A stretch of DNA of 63,374 nt, the filler included, from Octopus bimaculoides (Eukaryota): NCBI RefSeq assembly GCF_001194135.2. It is 7 parts of 7 records of this genome, joined end to end, with 100 filler letters (N's around TTAATTAATTAA, not from the genome) between each part and the next. Parts side by side here need not be neighbours in the genome. Positions count along the whole stretch, not along the records: positions 1 to 6,247 come from NC_068983.1; positions 6,348 to 15,497 come from NC_069002.1; 5 more parts are not named here. One strand, written 5' to 3'. This document shows, piece after piece, positions 1 through 11,432 of this stretch. The position numbers and the translations under genes were made by a program. Under the pieces are notes generated by a model that made no database searches, was not told the origin of the DNA, and saw only the letters and a program-made list of their open reading frames with translations. Every line of letters begins with the position of its first letter. Within the stretch, counting starts at the first letter, position 1.

Positions 1-709
1 AAATCTCTAAAAATGTATATGTGTGTATATATTTCTATATATTTCTATATGCATTTATACATGTATATATATATAAGTTTCAGAAGATATTAGAATAATG
101 GAATAAAATTCTGTCATAGTAAGAGATCTCCCAAAAATCTATTTCCTTAAATTTTATCTACTGTTTCTGGTACACATATTTACGCAATTTTGATTTTGAA
201 GTATTTAAAAATTTAGTTGGATATTATAAAGAAAATCGAAAGATAGATTTAGATTGTCCGTATTTTAAAACCACGAATTAAAAAAAAAAAGAAACAATTA
301 GGTGGGAGGTTGGGGCGGATTAAAAAAAAAAGCAATTATGTTTTTTGCATAATCGTATCAATTGCATTATGCAGAAGACAATCGAAACAATTTTGTAAAA
401 ATTCATGAAAATAAAAAAAAGTTATGAGGGGCTTAAGCACGTGCTTACATCATGATTCTGCTGAGTAAACACTATGCAATAGTTTATATCACAAAAGCAA
501 AAAAAAAAATCGTATGAATAGATTGTAAGATTGAATAGCGAAGTAAAAACTTCAAATAGCGTTGACGATAATCTTTGGTTTCGCGCATGCGCATAAGAAC
601 GTACTCCAGTCTAGAAAACGCAATAACCAGTCAAAGTGTATCACTGGCCATGCCTAACAGGACATACAGAGAAACATCTTTTCTTTTAAATATATATACT
701 AATGATCCG

Positions 710-781
<72 letters not shown>

Positions 782-1139
782 ACTCACACACACATATATA
801 TATATATATATACATGCATACACACATACGTATATATACAAGAGTAGTACCTGAGCACCTGCTTCACTAAAAGTAGAAGTGAAAATAATACTTCTGTGCC
901 AAAGAATAGTCACAAAATTAATACAAGCATGAGAGGAAATAATTCCAGTGAACAATAACATCGTCTTTACCTTGGCTAGGTCAGCAAAAGTAATGCTGGT
1001 TAGTTTGATATCCTGCTTTCAAATTTCGCTGCCACAAGGGATGGTATTTTGATAGTACTATCACTCTCATATATATATATATATATATAGGGAGAATTCA
1101 CAAAAAAAACAAGACAAAAAACGAAGACAGGTGGTATGC

Positions 1140-1187
<48 letters not shown>

Positions 1188-2345
1188 GCATGTTTGTACA
1201 TGCGTGTCATGACCGGCGCGGTAACAATAGTGCCCGCTGGCCGCCTCCAGCACCGGAATAAACACAGACAAGCGTTTAGTTTGTATATTATAAAGGATAG
1301 TTATCATGACATTGAATTTAGAATTAAACATTGCGTTCATAACATTTTAAAAATATAATTTTAAGATTTTCAAAACTCTTAGATGCAATAACAAGCCTGC
1401 AATTTCGCTTTGAATGATAAAGTGTTGTATTCCAATGAATATAAAAGTACAATGTGAAATGTGTACATGCTATTCACTATAGTACAAATATTCTAATGCC
1501 GCAGTTCTTAATTAATCTACAGCAAAGCCTTGTAGTAATGTCAGTAGTATTTACTAGTATAATTGTTAATTTGATGTTGTCTTGCTTGTTGTTGCAATTA
1601 CTATTACTTGTATAAATGTAACATGCCAGCAGAAGAATGAAATAAATCATAGCGAGAAAGTGAATATGGTTTGACGACTGATGACAAGCTTTCGTTAATT
1701 GCCTTTGTTGTCGCTACCAGACACACAAACATTTGAGGAGAGGAAAATCCAGGACGCACGTAAAGACTGGAGACAGAGAGCTGTGCTGCACCAAAACTGT
1801 GCTGGTAATCATTTGTGAATGTTTAGACTGGAGGAGCATAAAACGAATTCATTTATCCTAGCACGCAACAAGCCACTCAGTCCAGAAATCGAACCCTCGA
1901 ACATGTGAATCTCTCAAGCAACAATTAGGCCACGCTCCTCTACAATGCAAATATATTATGCGCAATAGGTGTATATGGGAATATTCTATAAATATACATA
2001 TGATACGGAACATCTCTCTTCCATTTTATTAACACTTAAAATCACAAAGACATTACTTCAAATGTAACTTTAACGTGCAAGGAAAATGTCATTTAAGAAG
2101 TTGAAAAACACGAAAATAAAAGTGATTTTACTTTTCTATTTCCTATTTTTTAATGTTTGCTTCCTTCACTTATACTTGTCTTAGTTCTTCGAATTCTTGA
2201 ACCTCTTCATATTATTATTATTATTATTGTTGTTGTTGTTGTTGTTGTTGTTGTTATTGTTGTTGTTTTGTCGTTGATCTTGCTGTTTCTGTTGTCGTTT
2301 TTGTTGTCGGTTTTGTTATTTTTTTCTGTCGTTGCACATGAAGTT

Positions 2346-2427
<82 letters not shown>

Positions 2428-2995
2428 TCCTATTATCTTGCCTGCTGGCAATAATATGTCTTTTGCAGATTGAATTACTGAAACAGAGAAAAAAGAAAAA
2501 AACAAAAAAACTTTAGCAATACANNNNNNNNNNNNNNNNNNNNNNNNNNNNNNNNNNNNNNNNNNNNNNNNNNNNNNNNNNNNNNNNNNNNNNNNNNNNN
2601 NNNNNNNNNNNNNNNNNNNNNNNNNNNNNNNNNNNNNNNNNNNNNNNNNNNNNNNNNNNNNNNNNNNNNNNNNNNNNNNNNNNNNNNNNNNNNNNNNNNN
2701 NNNNNNNNNNNNNNNNNNNNNNNNNNNNNNNNNNNNNNNNNNNNNNNNNNNNNNNNNNNNNNNNNNNNNNNNNNNNNNNNNNNNNNNNNNNNNNNNNNNN
2801 NNNNNNNNNNNNNNNNNNNNNNNNNNNNNNNNNNNNNNNNNNNNNNNNNNNNNNNNNNNNNNNNNNNNNNNNNNNNNNNNNNNNNNNNNNNNNNNNNNNN
2901 NNNNNNNNNNNNNNNNNNNNNNNNNNNNNNNNNNNNNNNNNNNNNNNNNNNNNNNNNNNNNNNNNNNNNNNNNNNNNNNNNNNNNNNNNNNNNNN

Positions 2996-3083
<88 letters not shown>

Positions 3084-3545
3084 AATTGACTTTTATAGAA
3101 GTTTTAGATTCAGGATTCTCTAAGAATGGAAATGTAATGTTTATTTATTCATAATATCGAAAATTAAATAAAGTAAAGAATTAAATAGTTTTAAAAAATA
3201 ATGTCAAGAACACCTAAAAGATATCAGTGAATAAAATTAATGCTGAAGTCTTTGATTAACAAGCAGAATTTGCAGGAAAGAACTATAGAATTGAAATTCT
3301 TTCCGTTATATTCTCTTCGTAGTTTATCTTTATATTATTTCTTTTTCTCTCTGCAAGATTCTTTGTTTTATTTCCATTTAAAAATGTAGAGTTAAGAATC
3401 AAACGTACACTTTAAATATTCCAGCATACTTTCATTTGTTTACGTAGATGGTTATAAAACCACGCACTCAAACGCACACACACCTACATGCACACACAGA
3501 TTAAACACATACACAAAGCAATTGTACGAATATGTGTGTGTGTAT

Positions 3546-3596
<51 letters not shown>

Positions 3597-4532
3597 NNNN
3601 NNNNNNNNNNNNNNNNNNNNNNNNNNNNNNNNNNNNNNNNNNNNNNNNNNNNNNNNNNNNNNNNNNNNNNNNNNNNNNNNNNNNNNNNNNNNNNNNNNNN
3701 NNNNNNNNNNNNNNNNNNNNNNNNNNNNNNNNNNNNNNNNNNNNNNNNNNNNNNNNNNNNNNNNNNNNNNNNNNNNNNNNNNNNNNNNNNNNNNNNNNNN
3801 NNNNNNNNNNNNNNNNNNNNNNNNNNNNNNNNNNNNNNNNNNNNNNNNNNNNNNNNNNNNNNNNNNNNNNNNNNNNNNNNNNNNNNNNNNNNNNNNNNNN
3901 NNNNNNNNNNNNNNNNNNNNNNNNNNNNNNNNNNNNNNNNNNNNNNNNNNNNNNNNNNNNNNNNNNNNNNNNNNNNNNNNNNNNNNNNNNNNNNNNNNNN
4001 NNNNNNNNNNNNNNNNNNNNNNNNNNNNNNNNNNNNNNNNNNNNNNNNNNNNNNNNNNNNNNNNNNNNNNNNNNNNNNNNNNNNNNNNNNNNNNNNNNNN
4101 NNNNNNNNNNNNNNNNNNNNNNNNNNNNNNNNNNNNNNNNNNNNNNNNNNNNNNNNNNNNNNNNNNNNNNNNNNNNNNNNNNNNNNNNNNNNNNNNNNNN
4201 NNNNNNNNNNNNNNNNNNNNNNNNNNNNNNNNNNNNNNNNNNNNNNNNNNNNNNNNNNNNNNNNNNNNNNNNNNNNNNNNNNNNNNNNNNNNNNNNNNNN
4301 NNNNNNNNNNNNNNNNNNNNNNNNNNNNNNNNNNNNNNNNNNNNNNNNNNNNNNNNNNNNNNNNNNNNNNNNNNNNNNNNNNNNNNNNNNNNNNNNNACT
4401 AGTTTACCCCAGTCGTTGTATGAACAGGATTGGGGATTATAAGTCGTGTATTAGCGTGTGTATATGTAAATATATAAAAATAAAAAGATAAAGAGAGCAA
4501 TGGTAAGGTTGGAGAAGTATTTTATGGATAGA

Positions 4533-4581
4533 GTCTTACAGCTGTTTCTGGGAAGATCCAGTACTTCCCTTCATCGGAGAC
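4533..4581 (-). ncRNA. Minimal type I hammerhead ribozyme (PLE-associated)
   Basis: Minus strand reads GUCU / CCGAUGA / A GGGAAG-uacuggau-CUUCCC A / GAAA / CAGCUG / UA / AGAC. This gives stem I 4 bp, stem II 6 bp (A-A mismatch at its base), palindromic stem III and a GUA cleavage triplet. Confidence 0.8.
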
Positions 4582-5379
4582 AGAAAAAATAAAGGAATCT
4601 ATTATTATATCCATAGGCGGATATTTTTAGTATGAAGTGGTAAAGAATGTGATGCGCTGAAAAAAAGAGAGAACAGTACTTGAAGTGTAGTTTCATTCCA
4701 GTAGTAAATATCCGTGTAAAAATCCGTGTAAAGTAATCGTTGTGGGGATAAACCGGAAATAGATGTTGGAGCGAAGGTTGATACAGCATAGATAGCAGAG
4801 GTGAATATATGCCATACTGCGATGGATTTTTGCTTGTTTACTTGAAGAATGGTCAAGTCAAATGAAAAGTGAGCGGTAATTAGGTCAAGTCATGAAGACA
4901 GAATGTGAAAGGGGATAGAGGAGAGGTAGAGGTGGAGGAAGGTAGCGGTATATTTTCATGGTCAGTTGATCTTACAGGATAGAGGCGATGAGCATATAGA
5001 GTGAAGGAGGAATGGGGGGGATGAGGTTAAAAGGTCTAGTGAGTAGGAAGGAATGCGTGTATGTAGTATATAGGTGGTGGGGGTATGAGTGATAAACCAA
5101 GGACAGAGATAAAGGGAGAAATGGGTGGGAAAGGTAGTTAGTAGTATCATATTCTAGAATGCAGCCAAACCTATTTATAGACGGTGGAAAGGGATCGAAA
5201 GAAGTGACGTAGTCTGTATGCGTAGGTGGTGATGTTGCGAATTAGAGAGTAGAAGAAATAGATTTGGGGGTATATATATATGTGGTGATATGATCGAAAG
5301 GAAATAATCCTATTCAAAAGATAGTAAAGGATGGATGTTTGTGCCAGGTTGAATAGGTTGCCTATGGGGGGTCGTGTGA

Positions 5380-6245
5380 TTATGTTGCGTGATCGTTTGT
5401 GCAATTTTGATTGTGACAGAACTTAAATGTGTGGAAAGAGCGGTGATTGCAGTTCACCGCTCTAAACGCTTCGTTATATCGATTAAATAGAGTGGGAGAA
5501 TTGTATTTTAAAAAAAAATATGGAACGCCCCCGTTAGGCAAAGCTTGCAGTTGGAACGCTGGCCCTGGTATGGAGTTCCAGAATCTAAGATGGACCATTT
5601 TAAGGTGTATTGGGTATTTGTGCTTTTGAGGTGATGAATATGATTGGCTAATGTTGTAGATTTACTGTGTTTGTCGTATCTAAATGAGTGCAAATGGGCT
5701 GCGTAGCGATGTTTGAAGTTTTTAGTTGCACCTATGTATGTAGCAGTAGAGTTATGTAATAGATTTCTCACGGTGCATTTATATATGACATTGTATGTTA
5801 CACAATGTGTTTGAAGCGGACAGATAGTCCCGGAGCGACAGTTACAGGTGTAGGAGGCTAGAGGGTTGCGTATGCTGGTGGGTGAGTTATTATCATTGGA
5901 GGATATGTTATTGGGGGATGTGTAGGAATCTAGATCAATGGAATTATTGTTATGGCTATTTGTCCTATCAGTGTTATTATTGGTATTGTTATTATCTAGA
6001 ATATTAATGGGTTGGGATCCATTGTGGTTTTGTTCTAGTGTACGAGCGTTAGTGTTAGAAGAACGTATATCAGTGTCCGTGTTGGGTGTATGTGTGGGTC
6101 GGGTGCTGGCGCTAGCGTAGTTATGGTTGCTTAGGTTTTGGTAGTAGAGCGAGAGTTTATGTTTGTTAGAAGCTGCTATAATAGATTCAAAGTTAGGAGT
6201 GGTAGAATACGATAATTTTAAAGTGGATCTGTTGAATATAGAGTG
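5380..6245 (-). pseudogene. PLE ORF remnant: RT thumb end, N/T/S-rich linker, CxC-x5-C-x5-C, GIY-YIG endonuclease (one frameshift)
   Basis: Manual translation gives HSIFNRSTLKLSYSTTPNFESIIAASNKHKL...CNCRSGTICPLQTHCVTYNVIYKCTV...TYIGATKNFKHRYAAHLHSF...WSIL...CKLCL. A frameshift at the T/A run near 5507-5518 continues as KYNSPTLFNRYNE...CNH, ending at the stop at 5380. Confidence 0.88.
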
Positions 6246-6291
6246 GTNNNNNNNNNNNNNNNNNNNNNNNNNNNNNNNNNNNNNNNNNNNN

Positions 6292-6303
6292 TTAATTAAT
6301 TAA
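6292..6303. other. Assembly linker TTAATTAATTAA inside a 100-bp gap (also 15542-15553, 32064-32075, 46762-46773, 53690-53701, 59153-59164)
   Basis: An identical 12-mer with stops in all six frames is centred in ~44+44 N, six times in the window. Confidence 0.95.
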
Positions 6304-6347
6304 NNNNNNNNNNNNNNNNNNNNNNNNNNNNNNNNNNNNNNNNNNNN

Positions 6348-6631
6348 CCACAGACACGTGTACCCTTAACGTAGTTCTCGGGGATATTCAGCGTGACACA
6401 GTGTGACAAGGCTGACCCTTTGAATTACAGGCACAACAGAAACAGGAAGTAAGAGTGAGAGAAAGTTGTGGCGGAAGAATACAGCAGGGTTCGCCACCAT
6501 CCCCTGCCGGAGCCTCGTGGAGCTTTAGGAGTTTTCGCTCAATAAACACTCACAACGCCCGGTCTGGGAATCGAAACCGCGATCCTATGACCACGAGTCC
6601 GCTGCCTTAACCACTGGGCCATTGCGCCTCC
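6348..6631 (-). mobile_element. tRNA-derived SINE, family D (tail cut by gap)
   Basis: Minus-strand head GGAGGCGCAATGGCCCAGTGGTTAAGGCAGCGG...GGTTTCGATTCCC has pol III A/B-box-like motifs. Nearly identical to 58696-58980. Confidence 0.85.
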
Positions 6632-7000
6632 GCATTTCAGAGCGGTACTGTGTGGTTAAGATTTTAGGCTTACAGGCACACCAATTAGTGAAAGTATCTT
6701 GTCACCAATTGAAGGTTTTAAAATGCAAATCACTTAAATTAGTGACTCGGTGACAGAGACCCCATGAAAAGCAATAGTTAAGTTAGTGTTACCATATTTA
6801 ATATGGTATCATTGACTCGGTTAAAAATGGCTTTGGAGTGAAGAAAAGACGTTAGCTCAATGGCTAATGGTAGCCATTTCGTCGTGAAGGGGGAATAACT
6901 TCCCATGTGTTTTGATATGATGAGACCTCCTTACTGAAACGTAGATTTCATTGACCTTTGAGTGAGGGGAGAATCAATAAATGCAATAATATACAATAAT

Positions 7001-7357
7001 ATTCTTTTATTCTTTTACATGTTTCAGTCATTTGACTGCAGCCGTGCTGGGTTTTAGTCGAAGAAATCGACCCCAGGACTTATTCTTTGTAAGCCTAGTA
7101 CTTATTCTATCGGGGTCTTTTGCCGAACCGCTAAGTTACGTGGATATAAACACACCAACATCGGTTGTCAAGTGATGATGGGGGGACAAGCACAAAGATA
7201 CACGCACATAAATATATATATTTATATATATATATATACGACGGGCTTCTTTTCAGTATCCGTCTACTAAATCCACTCACAAGGTTTTGGTCCACCCGAA
7301 AACACTTGCCCAAGGTGCCACGCAGTGGAACTGAACCCAGAACCATGTGGTTGGGAA
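7001..7357 (-). mobile_element. SINE family A (long composite SINE with internal microsatellite)
   Basis: Shares blocks ccaaatccactcacaagg, gccgaaccgctaagttacg and tgtttcagtcatttgactgc with more than a dozen other copies in the window. Confidence 0.85.
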
Positions 7358-7780
7358 TCATGTGGCTGGTTGGTTGATTGCTCGGTTGGTTCATTGGCTT
7401 GTTGGTTGGTTGGTTGGTTGGTTGGTTGGTTGGTCGGTCGATCGGTCGGTCGGTCGGTCGGTCGGTCGGTCGGTCGGCTGCCTGGCTGGTTTGCTGGTTG
7501 GTCGGTTGTTTGCTTCCTTGCTTGATTGGTTGGTTGATTGGTTGGTCGGTTGGTTACTTGATTACCCGGTTAGTTGCTTATTTGCTTGGTTAGTTGGTTC
7601 ACTAGCTAGCTGACCGGCTGACCGGCTGACTGACTGGTTTGTCGGTCGGTTGATTGATTGGATGGTTGGTTGGTTGGCTGGTTGGTTGATTGGTTGGTTG
7701 GTTGGCTGGTTGGTTGGTTGGTCGGTCGGTCGGTTGGTTGGTTGGTTGGTTAGCTGGTTGGCTGGTTGGTTGGTTGGTGC
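7357..7780. repeat. Compound (GGTT)n/(GGTC)n/(GGCT)n tetranucleotide repeat
   Basis: Directly visible. A similar tract lies at 14365-14485. Confidence 0.9.
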
Positions 7781-9697
7781 GTGAACTGAAAACTCTCACA
7801 ACTCCGTGAATAATTAGCCAATCACAGGTTTTCACCAAAAGACAGACTCTGTAATGTATGAAGGAGGAACAAGGAGAAAAAGAAAGTGGAGGAGGACGAG
7901 GAGGAGAAAGAGGAGAATGATGAGGAGGGCGAGGTCGGGGAAGAGGAGCAGGGGGACGAGGACGAGGGAGGGGCGAAGAGGAGGGTGAGAGGGGAAAAGA
8001 GAAGTCGCCGCTGCCACCACCTCAATAACTAATTCCATCCTTCTTTACCACACACAATAATTTCGTCGGCCACAAATGCTGAACAAGATTAAACCAACCC
8101 TATCGAGTTATTAACTGAAGAAAAAAAAAAGGGAAAGAAGTTAGGAGGATTGTAATTAAAATATTGTTAATCCATTGGGTAATTACTGCAAGGGAACCAG
8201 ATATCAGTAATCTTTCATAAGCCGGGTATATACATATACATATATATACATATACATATGTATGTGGGTGAGTGTATATATTTACTGTAAGTACATCTTA
8301 ATTGGTTATTAATACATTTCTGGGCTTTCTTTTGATATGTATTGGAAGTGGGTGTAGAGGGGGAACGTATGTCGTACGTCTGGCTGTTTATGAGTATGAC
8401 GAGTATTTTTGGGTAGATATATGTGTGTGTGTCTCTGTCTCTGTATATATATATATATATATATATATNNNNNNNNNNNNNNNNNNNNNNNNNNNNNNNN
8501 NNNNNNNNNNNNNNNNNNNNNNNNNNNNNNNNNNNNNNNNNNNNNNNNNNNNNNNNNNNNNNNNNNNNNNNNNNNNNNNNNNNNNNNNNNNNNNNNNNNN
8601 NNNNNNNNNNNNNNNNNNNNNNNNNNNNNNNNNNNNNNNNNNNNNNNNNNNNNNNNNNNNNNNNNNNNNNNNNNNNNNNNNNNNNNNNNNNNNNNNNNNN
8701 NNNNNNNNNNNNNNNNNNNNNNNNNNNNNNNNNNNNNNNNNNNNNNNNNNNNNNNNNNNNNNNNNNNNNNNNNNNNNNNNNNNNNNNNNNNNNNNNNNNN
8801 NNNNNNNNNNNNATATATATATATATACATGTATATAATCGTGGATATATGTGTCTGTATGAGTGTATATGTATGCGTATAATTATATGTGTATGCATAT
8901 TAATGTGCATGTGTGTGTATGTGCGTGTGCGTGTGTATGTGCATGTGCATGTGTATGTGTGTGTGTGTGTGTGTGAGTGTGTGTGTGTGTGTGTAAGGGT
9001 TATCAAAAACTCCTTCGCGATCCAGTCTCCTTATACTCTCAAGGAGAGACATACTTCACCACAAACCTACACAAATACACTTTAATCATTTTTTTTTATT
9101 TCATTTTATTTTATTTTATTCTATTTTATCATTACATGTAATTGTTGTTGTTTTTTTCTTCTTTTTTTTCCCTCATTTTTTTTCCAAAGAGAAGATCAAA
9201 GAAAAGGATTCTAAGCTTTGCAATTCAAGAGGGACCAAGTTATTTATTTATTTATTTACTTATTAGATGAGGGGGCTACCCCCCACCTTCATCCTTCACT
9301 GAATCTCACACCCAAAAATAAAATAAAATAAAATAAAATAAAATAAAAATGAATCCGTTTTAATTCATAAGGAAAAATATTGAAAGTTTAACTTGTCAGG
9401 TGTAGGTGGAGCTTCAGTGAGGGGTGTAGCACAGGCAGGATCTGGAGTCTAATCTCAGTGAGTGACACTCTTGTTTTTACCCCTGCTTTCTTCCTTTTGT
9501 GCCTCGTTCATTGGCAGTGAGATGGGAGGGTATAGTGGCGATGATGGTGATGTTGTTTTGGTGGGATTGCAGGAGAATATCATTTCCTGTCTAATTGATG
9601 ACTGTTTCCCAAGAAACCGAGTCGATGAAAGACAATCGTACCAGTTATCTTCTGGGGCACATAAAATAAATTGCCCACTTAACTAGTTAATAATAAC

Positions 9698-9793
<96 letters not shown>

Positions 9794-10057
9794 AAGAAGA
9801 AGAAGAAGAAGAAGAAGAAGAAGAAGAAGAAGAAGAANNNNNNNNNNATCCTTTCTACCAAAGGTGCAAGGCCTGAAATTTGGAGGGAGGGGGAAGCTGG
9901 CAAAAATGGCGTCCCGTCCAGCTGGGGAAAACATACGCCATTGAAACCGGGAAACCAGGCCCATGAGCCTGGCTAAGCTTTAAAAGGGCGCATTTATTTT
10001 ATTATTTTATGTGTACAAGTGTGTTTGATGGCAGAGTTTGTAATATTAAATATTGCT

Positions 10058-10242
10058 TTCAAATGTTGGCACAATACCAGTAATTTCAGAGGTGGGTGTA
10101 AGTCCATTACAACGATACTTATATTATCGACCCCGAAAGGGAGAAAGATAAACTCAGCTTTGGCAGAATGTGAACTCAGAACATAAACACGAACGAACTG
10201 CTGCAAAGCATTTTTCCCGGCGTGCAAGCAATTCTACCAGTG
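10058..10242 (-). mobile_element. SINE family B (tRNA head plus CORE-like domain), degenerate
   Basis: Contains ttatcgaccccgaaagg...tgaactcagaac, homologous to the better-preserved copy at 16095-16300. Confidence 0.7.
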
Positions 10243-11174
10243 TGTATGTAAGCATAAACACACGCACGTATGTCTCTTAGAAGCACCTCACCAACCGCTA
10301 AATAACGATCGATAAAACAAGTATCAGACAAAGTGGGCGGGGTCTATGAAATAACTAAAACATTCTTTGGAGGTCGTGCCCAAGCATGGCTGCTGTCCAA
10401 TGACTGAACCAATTACCAGATTAAACCAGATTAAAAAGAACAAAAGTAGCAGTTCTCATCACCAGTCGAGAGTATTGCAAGGAGATATTTTGTGACCCTT
10501 CCTATACCAGGAAGCACCACCTCAACAGTTATTATCTCTGTCCTACTGAACTTAGACTAACAGTGAAGAGACGTCAACGGTTCCCCGTTAATTATGTCTC
10601 CAATATTGATCATTTTAAAACTATTTGCAAGAGAAAATAACTAGTTACATATGTCATTATAAAGCACATATACACACACCCTAGACACATAGCGTCACAG
10701 TCACCTCTACTCAAGCATATATGTGTGTATAAGTGTGTATGTGTGTGTGTTTGTGTTCTTTAGGTATGTGTGTATATGTATACATATATATATTATTGTA
10801 TGTACATGTATTGATGTACACGTTTAAGCATGTATACGCTCGCATACATGTTCACATATGTATATATATATATATATATATATGAATATATGTGTATATA
10901 TATATACATATATATATATATATGTGTGTGTGCATGTGTGTGTGNNNNNNNNNNNNNNNNNNNNNNNNNNNNNNNNNNNNNNNNNNNNNNNNNNNNNNNN
11001 NNNNNNNNNNNNNNNNNNNNNNNNNNNNNNNNNNNNNNNNNNNNNNNNNNNNNNNNNNNNNNNNNNNNNNNNNNNNNNNNNNNNNNNNNNNNNNNNNNNN
11101 NNNNNNNNNNNNNNNNNNNNNNNNNNNNNNNNNNNNNNNNNNNNNNNNNNNNNNNNNNNNATGTATGTATGTAC

Positions 11175-11362
11175 TTGTGTGTCTGTCTTTGTCCTCCTAC
11201 CATCACTTGACAACCGATGTTGTCCCTGTAACTTGACGGTTCGGCAAAAAAGACCACTAGGCTTACAAAGAATGCGTCCTGGGGTCGATTTCTTCGACTA
11301 AAGGCGGTGCTCCAGCATGGCCGCAGTCAAATGACTGAAACAAGTAAAAGAATAAAAGAATA
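11175..11362 (+). mobile_element. SINE family A, 3' half
   Basis: cttgacaaccgatg...ggggtcgatttcttcgactaaa...ccagcatggccgcagtcaaatgactgaaacaagtaaaagaataaaagaata. Confidence 0.85.
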
Positions 11363-11388
11363 AATATATGTACATGTATCTACGTAGG

Positions 11389-11432
<44 letters not shown>

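Larger units (their letters stand above)
4398..6247 (-). mobile_element. Penelope-like retroelement (PLE), 3' part; 5' part lost at an assembly join
   Basis: The minus strand encodes PLE RT-thumb, Cys linker and GIY-YIG endonuclease, followed by ~980 bp of 3' terminal sequence containing a hammerhead motif. It ends at an N-gap whose other side is (TA)n. Confidence 0.9.

Noticed and set aside
5380-6245. Selenocysteine recoding in the PLE ORFs, as known for some Naiad PLEs
   Set aside because: Conserved Cys positions use TGT/TGC in both copies, the endonuclease is C-terminal, and the interrupting stops seen are TAA.
6292-6303. Recurrent TTAATTAATTAA as a possible biological motif
   Set aside because: It is always centred in a 100-bp gap, so it is an artificial scaffold linker.
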